Made by a program: the position numbers and the translations under genes. The notes below the pieces were generated by a model that worked only from the letters and a program-made list of their open reading frames with translations, searched no databases and was not told the DNA's origin. A DNA stretch of 64,000 nt from Macrostomum hystrix (lineage: Eukaryota; Animalia; Platyhelminthes): positions 18,414,001 through 18,478,000 of the forward strand of contig CATNEN010000039.1 of assembly GCA_950097015.1 (NCBI GenBank). The letters are read 5' to 3'. This document shows positions 15,766 to 27,973 of the stretch, one piece after another. Each line of letters opens with the position of its first letter. Positions within the stretch are counted from its first letter, which is position 1.

Positions 15766-16080
15766 CCTGCCTACTTACCACTGACAATAGCTAATGAGCA
15801 CAGGTATTCTAGCAGCATTTTCTGTGCAAATAACTAAACGATTTACAGTTGCCAGTAATACTACTAGTAGTAGTTCTATTCTTCAGTTAAAAATCGAATC
15901 CTTTATTGGAACAGCCGGAAATGAGAAATCGCGTTGCGGTCAAGCACAGTCGACTATGAAAGGCCCCCATTGGCTGTGAGACTGTCAGATATTATATTTA
16001 TTGTGTACCTGGCACTCTACCTGGCTGCTGGAAGTTGCGAGTCACTGATCAGGCGAGCTGCCACAGTTCATCAGCCAGCC

Positions 16081-19000
16081 ATGCACGACGAGCTCTACGA
16101 ATCGGACTTGGCGAATTTCCTGCCGCCACCGCCGCCGGAGTTCGCCGACAATTCGACATTCCAGCCGCCGATGCCGGACAATGCGGTGGACAGGAAGTTC
16201 CTGGACGAGTACTTCTGCGATATGACTCGAAATGAAGCTCTTGAAGCTCTGGAGGCTGTGCAGATGGTAACTCTGGGTGCTCAGAGCCTTTGAGAACTGT
16301 CTCGCTTTTTGTAAAACAAAAAGAGGCATTAAAAGTAGCTAGAATCGCAGCAAAGAATCATAGCTGGAATCGCAGCAGAGAATCGTAGCTAGAATCGCAG
16401 CAGAGAATCATAGCTGGAATCGCAGCAGAGAATCGTAGCTAGAATCGCAGCAGAGAATCGTAGCTAGAATCGCAGCAGAGAATCGCAGCTAGAATCGCAG
16501 CAAAGAATCGTAGCTAGAATCGCAGCAGAGAATCATAGCTGGAATCGCAGCAGAGAATCGTAGCTAGAATCGCAGCAGAGAATCGCAGCTAGAATCGCAG
16601 CAAAGAATCGTAGCTAGAATCGCAGCAAAGAATCGTAACTAGAATCGCAGCAGAGAATCGTAGCTAGAATCGCAGCAGAGAATCGTAGCTAGAATCGCAG
16701 CAGAGAATCGCAGCAAAGAATCGTAACTAGAATCGCAGCAAGATTCGCAGCTAGAATCGCAGCAGAGAATCGCAGCAAAGAATCGTAACTTGAATCGCAG
16801 CAAAGAATCGTAACTAGAATCGTAGCTAGAATCGCAGCTAGAATCGCAGCAAAGAATCGCAACAAAGAATCGTAACTAGAATCGCAGCAAGATTCGCAGC
16901 TAGAATCGCAGCAAAGAATCGTAACTAGAATCGCAGCTAGAATCGCAGCAGATAAGCTAGAATCGCAGCTAGAAACGCAGCAGAAAAGCTAGAATCGCAG
17001 CAGATAAGCTATAATCGCAGCAGAAAAGCTAGAATTGCAGCAGATAAGCTAGAACCGCAGCTAGAAACGCAGCAGATAAGCTATAATCGCAGCAGAAAAG
17101 CTAGAATCGCAGCAGATAAGCTAGAATCGCAGCAGATAAGCTGGAATCGCAGCAGATAAGCTAGAATCGCAGGTAGAAACGCAGTAGATAAGCTATAATC
17201 GCAGCAGAAAAGCTAGAATCGCAGCAGATAATCTAGAATCGCAGCAAAGGCCGCAGCGAAGTCTTTTGTATTCTCGTACTAATTCGAATATCACAAAAAC
17301 CACAGGACGGGGCGTACATAGTTCGGCCGGGCACCGCCAGTCCTTATTGCATCTCATTCCTTCACGGCGGCGAGACGAAGCACGTGAAAATCAAGTGCAG
17401 CAGCAACGGAAAATACTTTCTGGGCGACACCAAGGTGGAAATGGTAGGCAACTAAACAGGAAAGAATTTGGCTGCTACAGTGTCTGCATTCATTTAAAGT
17501 ACATTCATTGCTAGAATCGCAGCAGGAGCTATAGCTAGAATCGCAGCAGGAGCTATGGCTGGAATCGCAGCAGGAGCTATAGCTAGAATCGCAGCAAGAG
17601 CTATGGCTGGAATCGCAGCAAGAGCTATGGCTAGAATCGCAGCAGGAGCTATGGCTGGAATCGCAGCAGGAGCTATAGCTAGAATCGCAGCAAGAGCTAT
17701 GGCTGGAATCGCAGCAAGAGCTATGGCTAGAATCGCAGCAGGAGCTATGGCTAGAATCGCAGCAGGAGCCATTTCTAGAATCGCAGCAAGAGCTATGGCT
17801 AGAATCGCAGCAAGAGCTATGGCTAGAATCGCAGCAAGAGCTATGGCTAGAATCGCAGCATGAGCTATAGCTAGAATCGCAGCAGAAGCCATTTCTAGAA
17901 TCGCAGCAAGAACTATAGCTAGAATCGCAGCAAGAGCTATGGCTCGAATCGCAGCAGGAGCTATTTCTAGAATCGCAGCAAGAATTATAGCTAGAATCGC
18001 AGCAAGAACTATAGCTAGAATCATAGCAAGAGCTATGGCTAGAATCGCACCAGGAGCCATTTCTAGAATCGCAGCAAGAACTATAGCTAGAATCGCAGCA
18101 AGAACATTAGCTAGAATCGCAGCAAGAGTTATAGCTAGAATCGCAGCAAGAACTATAGCTAGAATCGCAGCAAGAACTACAGCTAGAATCGCAGCAAGAA
18201 CTATAGCTAGAATCGCAGCAAGAACTATAGCTAGAATCGCAGCAAGAACTACAGCTAGAATCGCAGCAAGAACTACAGCTAGAATCGCAGCAAGAACTAT
18301 AGCTAGAATCGCAGCAAGAACTATAGCTAGAATCGCAGCAAGAGCTATGGCTGGAATCGCAGCAAGAGCTATGGCTGGAATCGCAGCAGGAGCCATTTCT
18401 AGAATCGCAGCAAGAGCTATGGCTAGAATCGCAGCAAGAGCTATGGCTGGAATCGCAGCAGGAGCCATTTCTAGAATCGCAGCAAGAGCTATGGCTAGAA
18501 TCGCAGCAAGAGCTGTTGCTAGAATCGCAGCAAGACCTTGCAGCTAGAGTTTTATTTAACGCATAATTTTGAATAATATAGTAAAATAATAAACTATTTG
18601 TCATATGTTTTCTATTTTTATACTTATATTTCAACGATAGTCTCGCAATGAACAATTTGACAGCTGTTTGACACAATGTCTCAACTAATGGACTACTTGA
18701 CTAAGAATGTGATTCAAGGCGTCAACGGTGTTGTATTCCGACTGATCATCAACGCAAAGTCCTACTCCCAGAGGTACGTATGTCTTGGCTTCTCTTGGAT
18801 TGCATGTGACATTGTGCAGGCATAGATATGTTACTTGGAATCCGTATGAATTGTGTAGCAGCTGAAATTCGCTCAGGCCTGGCACCCAGAGCATCTGCTT
18901 CGCATTGTTTATGATTAACAACTAGATATTTCAGTCCAGCTGAGGTGTATTTAGCAAGCATCCGCCTGATGCGGTGTTGCTAGCAGAGTTCTGCTTTGAA

Positions 19001-21424
19001 TTCTACTGCTTTGTACATCTGCACTTGTACACTAACCATCTGACAAGCTAGAATTAGTCAGCCTTGTACAACTGCGTGCTTGGGTTTGATTGTCGGATAG
19101 CAATTGTCAACTTATGCTTTAAATGCCTTGCAATTTAGTATTAATCATTTTAAAATTGAAATTAGATTTGTTCAGCTTACAGAACTTACAGAATCACTAA
19201 ACATTGGCAAAATATCGTTGAGATTATTCAAAGATTCTCGTCGGGATGTCTGGTGGCAAAAGCTGCCAAAATAGGCGTAATTGAGCTGAATGAATTTTTT
19301 GGTACACGGGGAGGTAATGCAGTGAAAAGCTAAAAAGTATGTGAAATCGATATTTTCACCAGTAAAGCTTGTCAGAAATCGATTAAGCTCGATCGCTATA
19401 AATAAGGAAACGAATATCAAGAGATAAGTCTTTGATCTGCCAACAATCAGACATGGCAACTAAATCTCTTCAGAGAAAGTGAGAATTTCCCATCTCCGTA
19501 GTGCATTTTATTAGCCATAAGCCAGCCTCTTAAACTTTTTCTAAGAAACTTAGAAATTCCAATCATTAAATTTACGTTTCCTAGAAAATCTTTCGCGCTT
19601 CGATTTGCAGCCAAAGGATGACCAGACCGCCACCGGCTCGGTCTCAGTCGCCCCCGCAGCCGCCGCTGCCGCCATCGCCCAGTGTCTTCAACAACGTCGC
19701 CGTATCGATGCCACGTCGAGGCTCCACGTTTGGATCGCCGACATCGCCAAGTAACGGCGGCGACTTTAGCGGTCTGACCTCTCTGCCTGGCCGGCCGATG
19801 CAGAGGGTGGGCGGAGGTCAACAGCCCGAAGTCACGTTGCCAGCCAGACTGCGACAGCTCACACAGCAGCGATACTATGCTGACATGAGCCGCGAGAAGG
19901 CTGAGGCCAGTCTCATGAATACCAGAATTGTGAGCTCGCTGGGCGCAAGCAGTCAGTAGATTGCCAAGAGAGTCAGTAGATTGTCAAGAGAGTCAGTAGA
20001 TTGTCAAGAGAGTCAGTAGATTGTCAAGAGAGTCAGTAGATTGTCAAGAGAGTCAGTAGATTGTCAAGAGAGTCAGTAGATTGTCAACAGAGTCAGTAGA
20101 TTGTCAAGAGAGTCAGTAGATTGTCAACAGAGTCAGTAGATTGTCAAGAGAGTCAGTAGATTGTCAAGAGAGTCAGTAGATTGTCAAGAGAGTCAGTAGA
20201 TTGTCAAGAGAGTCAGTAGATTGTCAAGAGAGTCAGTAGATTGTCAAGAGAGTCAGTAGATTGTCAAGAGAGTCAGTAGACTGTCACGAGAGTCAGTAGA
20301 CTGTCACGAGAGTCAGTAGACTGTCACGAGAGTCAGTAGATTGTCAAGAGAGTCAGTAGATTGTCAACAGAGTCAGTAGAATGTCAACAGAGTCAGTAGA
20401 TTGTCAAGAGAGTCAGTAGATTGTCAAGAGAGTCAGTAGATTGTCAAGAGAGTCAGTAGATTGTCAAGAGAGTCAGTAGACTGTCACGAGAGTCAGTAGA
20501 CTGTCACGAGAGTCAGTAGATTGTCAACAGAGTCAGTAGATTGTCAACAGAGTCAGTAGATTGTCACGAGAGTCAGTAGATTGTCACGAGAGTCAGTAGA
20601 CTGTCATGAGAGTCAGTAGACTGTCATGAGAGTCAGTAGACTGTCCCGAGAGTCAGTAGACTGTCATGAGAGTCAGTAGACTGTCATGAGAGTCAGTAGA
20701 TTGTCATGAGAGTCAGTAAACTGTTAGTTAACTTATTTCTTTGACCGCAAATCCTAAAATCCCCTCGTCTGTACATTGTCGCCTTCATCAGGAGGGTCAG
20801 TTCCTGGTGCGTCCCAGCAAAGCTTCAGCCTATTGTCTGTCCGTGTTTCACAAGGGCCGGGTTGTCCATCTTAAGATTGTTTGCGTTGGTAATCGCTATG
20901 TGCTAGAGCAGCTTGTGAACGATGGCGAGGTAAGAATTTAATTAGAATATTTTTTCTGTAATTTAAGAAAATTGTTTTAGTAATATCGCTGAACTGAGTC
21001 TATGCTAATTTCAGCCAATCAAACAACAGACGTTGGGTTAAAGGAAATGAAACTTAGATTAAGGGGTAAAGGGGTAGAAAAAACTTTAGGTTCTTGTCTA
21101 GGCTGACCAATTGACGAGCGAGACGAAGGATAGATAATAAATTTTCGCGTCCCTGATCAGCCAATCAGAGAACAGCGGTTGGGTTTAGAATGCAAATAAG
21201 GGAGCCCTTCCATTAACAGTAAAAATACCACCGTCTTTCTTGATCTTGAAACTAATCACCACGAGAATCCAGAACTGTCTACTGTTATAATTCAGCAGAA
21301 TTTTTCGTCGATTTAATTTCAGACTTTTGCCTGCGTTCCGGATCTGATAGACTCGCTGACTTCAAACCGCAGGTCACTAACCCTGATGAATGGCGACTGT
21401 ATTACCCTGCGGCAAACGGATTAA
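16081..21424 (+). CDS. Tandem-SH2 adaptor protein with Pro-rich segments (about 330 aa, 6 exons)
   Basis: Exons 16081-16266, 17306-17443, 18664-18773, 19611-19929, 20792-20929, 21323-21424 join in frame. SH2-1: YFCDMTRNEALEAL..DGAYIVRP..PYCISF..KHVKI..LFDTMSQLMDY. SH2-2: YYADMSREKAEASL..EGQFLVRPS..YCLSVF..HLKI..FACVPDLID. Confidence 0.88.
16337..17247. repeat. 25-bp GAATCGCAGCA minisatellite, SH2 gene intron 1
   Basis: GCTAGAATCGCAGCAGAGAATCGTA units and derivatives. Confidence 0.96.
17510..18547. repeat. 24-bp GAATCGCAGCA minisatellite, SH2 gene intron 2
   Basis: GCTAGAATCGCAGCAAGAGCTATG units. Confidence 0.96.
19950..20720. repeat. 20-bp minisatellite, SH2 gene intron 4
   Basis: About 38 copies of AGTCAGTAGATTGTCAAGAG. 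Confidence 0.97.
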
Positions 21425-22007
21425 AACTAATGCTGACAATCTTTTCACGCAACATAATACCTGACGGGCTGATAACTGACGGGATTTAAGAGTATAACAA
21501 AAGCTTTTCACTAATTTTAATACTGCATCGGATTGTTAAAAAAGCTCCCAATATTGTAAAATAAACTCTAAGGCTTATAAACTATGCTCATCCAAAGATA
21601 AACTAACTCCTTAGATTGCAGAATACAGCCGCCTAGATTTTACTCGTAAAATAAAAAAAACACATCAGATCAAGAATAAATATCCAATATAAAAGAACAA
21701 ACCGATTTGTTTCTGAATCACCCAGTTTTTAAACAGCTATATGTGTCTAGCAAAATTTTTCTAGTTTTAAACCATTCAACTATAAAAATCCCTATTTTTT
21801 AAATCTCCGATTCTTAGAAACATGTTTTATTTTGAGTGATGTCATAAGCCAGCTATAAAATTGTTGTTTTGCAGTGTACATCAAGAATTTCGTAACAGTT
21901 GGCTCTGAATATTCTTTTATAAATATACAACACCAAAGCGCTCATCAAAGAATGGCTCATGTTACTTTTTCTCATTAGTATGCTATTTTCTTACCTGTGT
22001 AAGTTGT

Positions 22008-23672
22008 TCCCGTGTCAAATCTCTCCCGTGTCTCATCCCTCCCGTGTCAAATCTCTCCCGTGTCTCATCTCTCCCGTGTCTCATCTCTCCCGTGTCTCAT
22101 CTCTCCCGTGTCTCATCTCTCCCGTGTCTCATCTCTATCCCGAGTCTCGACATCTCTCCCGTGTCTCATCTCTCCCGTGTCTCATCTCTATCCCGAGTCT
22201 CATCTCTCCCGTGTCTCATCTCTATCCCGAGTCTCATCTCTCCCGTGTCTCATCTCTATCCCGAGTCTCATCTCTCCCGTGTCTCATCTCTATCCCGAGT
22301 CTCATCTCTCCCGTGTCTCATCTCTATCCCGAGTCTCATCTCTCCCGTGTCTCATCTCTCCCGTGTCTCATCTCTATCCCGAGTCTCATCTCTCCCGTGT
22401 CTCATCTCTATCCCGAGTCTCATCTCTCCCGTGTCTCATCTCTATCCCGAGTCTCATCTCTCCCGAGTCTCATCTCTCCCGTGTCTCATCTCTATCCCGA
22501 GTCTCATCTCTCCCGTGTCTCATCTCTATCCCGAGTCTCATCTCTCCCGTGTCTCATCTCTCCCGTGTCTCATCTCTATCCCGAGTCTCATCTCTCCCGT
22601 GTCTCATCTCTATCCCGAGTCTCATCTCTCCCGTGTCTCATCTCTATCCCGAGTCTCAACTCTCCCGTGTCTCATCTCTCCCGTGTCTCATCTCTCCCGT
22701 GTCTCATCTCTATCCCGAGTCTCAACTCTCCCGTGTCTCATCTCTATCCCGAGTCTCATCTCTCCCGTGTCTCATCTCTCCCGTGTCTCATCTCTATCCC
22801 GAGTCTCATCTCTCCCGTGTCTCATCTCTATCCCGAGTCTCATCTCTCCCGTGTCTCATCTCTATCCCGAGTCTCATCTCTCCCGTGTCTCATCTCTATC
22901 CCGAGTCTCATCTCTCCCGTGTCTCATCTCTATCCCGAGTCTCATCTCTCCCGTTTCTCATCTCTCCCGTGTCTCATCTCTATCCCGAGTCTCATCTCTC
23001 CCGTGTCTCATCTCTATCCCGAGTCTCATCTCTCCCGTGTCTCATCTCTATCCCGAGTCTCATCTCTCCCGTGTCTCATCTCTATCCCGAGTCTCATCTC
23101 TCCCGAGTCTCATCTCTCCCGTGTCTCATCTCTATCCCGAGTCTCATCTCTCCCGTGTCTCATCTCTATCCCGAGTCTCATCTCTCCCGTGTCTCATCTC
23201 TCCCGTGTCTCATCTCTATCCCGAGTCTCAACTCTCCCGTGTCTCATCTCTATCCCGAGTCTCATCTCTATCCCGAGTCTCATCTCTCCCGTGTCTCATC
23301 TCTATCCCGAGTCTCATCTCTCTCGTGTCTCATCTCTCCCGTGTCTTATCTCTCCCGTGTCTCATCTCTATCCCGAGTCTCAACTCTCCCGTGTCTCATC
23401 TCTATCCCGAGTCTCATCTCTATCCCGAGTCTCATCTCTCCCGTGTCTCATCTCTCCCGTGTCTCATCTCTCCCGTGTCTCATCTCTCCCATGTCTCATC
23501 TCTGCCGTGTCTCATCTCTCCCGTGCCTTATCTCTCCCGTGTCTCATCTCTCCCGTGTCTCATCTCTCCCGTGTCTCATCTCTCCCGTGTCTCATCTCTA
23601 TCCCGAGTCTCAACTCTCCCGTGTCTCATCTCTATCCCGAGTCTCATCTCTCCCGTGTCTCATCTCTCCCGT
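22008..23672. repeat. Mixed 16/18-bp satellite
   Basis: CTCATCTCTCCCGTGT interspersed with CTCATCTCTATCCCGAGT. Confidence 0.97.
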
Positions 23673-24169
23673 CACAGACTGCTATGACTGCTGCGAGATT
23701 CTATCTACTCGTTAGACTAATCTCTTGAATATCCATGTGCGGCCTCTGATGGTATGGCTATTATATGAAACCAAAAAGCTGAAAAAGTTAAGCATGCTTA
23801 AAAATGAGTAACTTGACATAAAAAACTGTTTGATTTTATATTTATTACAGATATATATTCGTCGTTACAGGAACAGAAGAGAAAATTAGTTTACTCAAAA
23901 ATCTATTCTACGAAGGAAATCTCTATATTAAGCAAACTGCGCGGCACAACGCGCTGTGAAAAAAAAGCGGAAGAAAATTACAACAGTGAAGCGTAGATTG
24001 CCTTTTAAGATCTCCTTTTAAGAAGCGCTTAATTTGCTTAAAAAAGACAACGGGCGGTTTCAAATACACTCATTTTCATTTTTTCTGTATCTCCTTAAAT
24101 GTTCATCCAATTGTAATGAAAATCCATGGGCTAACATTTTCTACCAAACGAAACAACTTCCAGAATTAC

Positions 24170-24432
24170 AGACTACGGCATCGTCAGGATATTCAACGAC
24201 TATCGTCGGGATGTGTCTGGTAGCAAAAGCAACCAATATAGGCATAATTTCTTTGCTCACAAAAGTTAATAATGTAACCATATTTTCTACTATTTCTTAT
24301 TACATTTTACTGATTATATTGTTAATTTTTTGTCCATGGTCTTCGACAAGAATCGCTGAGTATCCCGACGATGCTGACGTCAGGGAGACATTGTGAAGTA
24401 GGCAGTGGGTATCTGAAATACCCCCGTGGTCG
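24170..24432. mobile_element. Dispersed non-coding repeat (MITE-like), copy 2, inverted relative to copy 1
   Basis: GACAAGAATCGCTGA..GACGATGCTGACGTC..GGCAGTGGGTAT is the reverse complement of segments at 9400-9580. Confidence 0.6.
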
Positions 24433-24565
24433 TGGTTCTTCTACTGTTAGCACTTTGATATTAGTAAAACACAATGGGACTCTAGGAATCTAACTGAATT
24501 AAAAATATTTTATGCCGTTTGGAGTAGATTTCATTCATTGTTCTCAAGTCTCTCCCGAAGTGTGC

Positions 24566-25768
24566 TCAGAGAAGGGAGCAGCAGCACTGCTGTGGGTAGT
24601 CGGGGAAGTACACCTTCCTATCTAGGCCATAGACAAAAAACTTGCCGCCTTGGTCCTCGAACTTCCAGTCGGCCTCCACAACTGGCGTGGCCAGTACCGT
24701 GTGCCGCATGGCCAGGATGCGGCCCTCCTTGCTGTACTTGGCCGACATTGCCGGCAACAGCTCCTTGGAGAATTTCACGATGCACTGCTCGGGAAACTCG
24801 GTCAGGGGCACCAGTACGGGGCTCTCATCGCGGTACATCTCCTGGCCCTTCACCTCGGAAACCAGCTTGTCCGGCAGGGCGGTCTCCTCATGTACCTTGT
24901 CCTCCTTGTGCGCCTCCCACTTGGTGTGGTTCTGCACGCTCCACTTGAGCTTCTTGAGACCGGAGCAGGTCTTGCACTTGTACTTGCCGGCGCCGTGGCA
25001 GCGATTGCAGGCGCGCTGACCGCTGCCGCCGCACTGCCAGCAGGCCACGTCGCCCTCTGGTCCAGCCACCGTGCCGCCGCCGCCGCAGCCGTTGCAAAGA
25101 AAGTGCGCCCGGCCCTTGCATTCTCGACAGCGAACCTGGCCCTTGCCCTTGCAGTACCAGCACTTGCGCACCGAGGCCGTATGCGGAACCTCCGCCTTGC
25201 GCTTCTCCTCCTTCCACTGCTGCTTCGGCTGCATCTCCATGTCCCACGGCATCGGGGCGGCGCCCGCGGCCGGCGGGTCGAACTTTTCGCCCTTCTTGTA
25301 GCCCTGGCTGACCCACTTTACCTTGCGCACCTCGATGAACATCTCGCAGCGGTAGATGAACGCGTTGGTGAGCTTCAGGTTGCTGATGGTCATCTGTTCC
25401 GCTGCCCCGGATCGCCAGCAGGCCTGCGAGTTGACGTGCTTCAGCAGCGCTTCGCGCACCTCCGGCTCCTCCATCTTGCCGATGTTGCGCGGAATGTCCA
25501 GCGGCGCCGGCTTGGCTTCGTTGTAGACCGGAGCAGCCGGGGGCGGCAGGAAGCGCGTCTTCTTTCGCTCCTCGCCCTTCTTGCGGTAAGTGGGCGGCCC
25601 GATGATGCTCTCGTAATTGGGCACCTTGTCGGCCCGGTACTTGTGGTCCTTTCCCTTGGCCGCCTTCTTGTTCATCTTCTTCTGCTCGTCGGAGCTCGAC
25701 GAGGCCAACGACGTCTCCGACGACGAATAGTCGGTGTCGATTTCCAGGACTCCGATTTTGAATCCCAT
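24566..25768 (-). CDS. SSUH2: SSUH2 homolog (DnaJ-type CxxCxGxG zinc-finger repeats), intronless CDS
   Basis: 400-aa ORF with EVPHTASVRKC, several CxxCxGxG motifs and C-terminal FFVYGLDRKVYFPDYPQQCCCSLL, typical of the SSUH2/ssu-2 family. Confidence 0.9.
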   Translation of the reverse strand: MGFKIGVLEIDTDYSSSETSLASSSSDEQKKMNKKAAKGKDHKYRADKVPNYESIIGPPTYRKKGEERKKTRFLPPPAAPVYNEAKPAPLDIPRNIGKMEEPEVREALLKHVNSQACWRSGAAEQMTISNLKLTNAFIYRCEMFIEVRKVKWVSQGYKKGEKFDPPAAGAAPMPWDMEMQPKQQWKEEKRKAEVPHTASVRKCWYCKGKGQVRCRECKGRAHFLCNGCGGGGTVAGPEGDVACWQCGGSGQRACNRCHGAGKYKCKTCSGLKKLKWSVQNHTKWEAHKEDKVHEETALPDKLVSEVKGQEMYRDESPVLVPLTEFPEQCIVKFSKELLPAMSAKYSKEGRILAMRHTVLATPVVEADWKFEDQGGKFFVYGLDRKVYFPDYPQQCCCSLL

Positions 25769-26370
25769 GCTTGGCTTACTGGCTGGGTTTGGTGCTGTAT
25801 TTAGATCGCTGTGTTACAAGCGCATATAGTGGGCTAGTGAGCACTGCATCGGGTTCTTATAGAGCACAGTAACAGTTGCTATGGCAGGGTGTGGGTGGTT
25901 TGTGCTGAGCATCAGCCGTCTCAGTGCAATCCTTGTCCAAGTGTACATTGTGTTGCCGTAGCGATGAGGACGCTTTCTCATCAACCCTGTCCCTCAATCT
26001 CCATGAAGCTCTGTCTCTCTCACTCACACAATTGTGTGCTATTCTACTTAGTTAAAAAATACAAGGCATGACAGCAGCACAATGGGGCGTCTTGCAAGAC
26101 ATTTTTAGCGACGAAAAAACTGTCCTTCTGATGTTAAAAAGCGTTAAAACTAGATACTGTAACCAGTGTTCCGTGTCTCATCAGAAGCAATTATGAGTAC
26201 TACAGTTGTTTCGGCTATAATCCTGATTCTCAATTCTGCCAATTTTGTGTCTCAATCTTCAAGCCATCTAGATAATGCTAATTAGCACACACATAAGATA
26301 AGCTTAAATTTCTGTGTGGATCTGAAGAATACTAAACTTTTATTAAGTTTTTCGCTTGCGTTCTTAAGAA

Positions 26371-26450
26371 TGGGGCGAGTGGCAGAGTGGTCTAACGAGT
26401 TTTCCACGGTCCCTAAGTTCGATTCCATGTTGAGGCCACATTTATTTGGT
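26371..26450 (+). mobile_element. tRNA-derived SINE head (family A), truncated
   Basis: A-box-like TGGCAGAGTGG, B-box-like GTTCGATTCC, then GCCACATTTAT as in the 43705 copy. Confidence 0.6.
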
Positions 26451-26944
26451 AACAGAAGAATCAGTAAGAAGTGATTATTGTGTTGAAAACTTCTGGTAGA
26501 CACAATGGCCATGTTCAATAGTAGGTGCATCGCAGCTCAGCAACCAAGGCTTCATGGTAGCTAAGCAACTAAGAATTCTTTATCAGCCTGTCAATGATTT
26601 TCATTCCATACCCTCTCTGGCGCCTTAGTGAATAATTCAAGCCTAGAAAGTACAGAGAGAAACTTTAACATTGATCCATTAGCAATGAATGCGATTTAGG
26701 ATTAAGTTGGAAAGCTCTCAGGTAATTCCATTGTGACGAATGCGAAATACTGAATATTGATTGGATCGCTGACAGTTGTCAAGGCTTCCCCCTCCAGGGG
26801 CCATTGCTAATTAGTCAGATGTCAAAGCAATGTCAGTTTTCTGCTAGATTGTTGTCCATTTAAATTTTTATATCTAGAACTTTTTCTAGATAAACGCGGC
26901 GTTTTTTGCTTTAGGTATTAGACCTGATTTCTATTTCCATTATT

Positions 26945-27620
26945 AGACACCCTTATCTCTGTCAGACACCCTTATCTCTGTCAGACACCCTTATCACTGT
27001 CAGACACCGTTATCTCTGTCAGACACCCTTATCACTGTCAGACACCGTTATCTCTGTCAGACACCCTTATCTCTGTCAGACACCCTTATCTCTGTCAGAC
27101 ACCCTTATCACTGTCAGACACCGTTATCTCTGTCAGACACCCTTATCACTGTCAGACACCCTTATCTCTGTCAGACACCCTTATCTCTGTCAGACACCCT
27201 TATCACTGTCAGACACCGTTATCTCTGTCAGACGCCCTTATCTCTGTCAGACACCGTTATCTCTGTCAGACACCGTTATCTCTGTCAGACACCGTTATCT
27301 CTGTCAGACACCCTTATCTCTGTCAGACACCCTTATCTCTGTCAGACTACCTTATCTCTGTCAGACACCCTTATCTCTGTCAGACACCGTTATCTCTGTC
27401 AGACACCCTTATCTCTGTCAGAAACCCTTATCTCTGTCAGACTACCTTATCTCTGTCAGACTACCTTATCTCTGTCAGACACTCTTATCTCTGTCAGACA
27501 CTATTATCTCTGTCAGAAACCCTTATCTCTGTCAGACTACCTTATCTCTGTCAGACTACCTTATCTCTATCAGACTACCTTATCTCTGTCAGACACCCTT
27601 ATCTCTGTCAGACTACCTTA
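26945..27620. repeat. 19-bp minisatellite
   Basis: About 35 copies of AGACACCCTTATCTCTGTC. Confidence 0.96.
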
Positions 27621-27973
27621 TGTCTACCTGCACCTTTACCTGACACTCTTATCTGCAACTGACAACCTCACTCCACCCGATACCATCACTTCCGCCTGAC
27701 ACCCATATCCACACCTGACACATTATCATCACCTGAAATGTACTGAATAAACAAAATTAAGCGAACGGGACTATATTTATAAATATATATTACAACAGAA
27801 CATTAAAAACACGACGAGTCGACCTATGCGCATTCGTTTTGCAACATTAGTGCTCACTATAGCTTAATATTTGGGCAAACAGTCGAAAGACCTGTGTCTT
27901 GTGCGTCAGCGATATTCGGTATTAGAAAGCTCATCAGTAAATGTAGTAATTGTCGCTACAATTCTTTCCTTAT

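Noticed and set aside
17494-18676. Ala/Ile-rich, Cys/Ser-rich and ARIAA-repeat ORFs
   Set aside because: 24-bp intronic minisatellite of the SH2 gene.
21959-23728. Three overlapping 547-589 aa ORFs
   Set aside because: Satellite lacking stops in all three frames; no coding signal.
24650-25804. 384-aa plus-strand ORF opposite SSUH2
   Set aside because: Antisense shadow of a GC-rich CDS; same applies to shadow ORFs over the kinase, MFS and periphilin-like genes.
26371-26450. Possible tRNA gene
   Set aside because: No complete cloverleaf; matches the head of the SINE copies elsewhere in the window.
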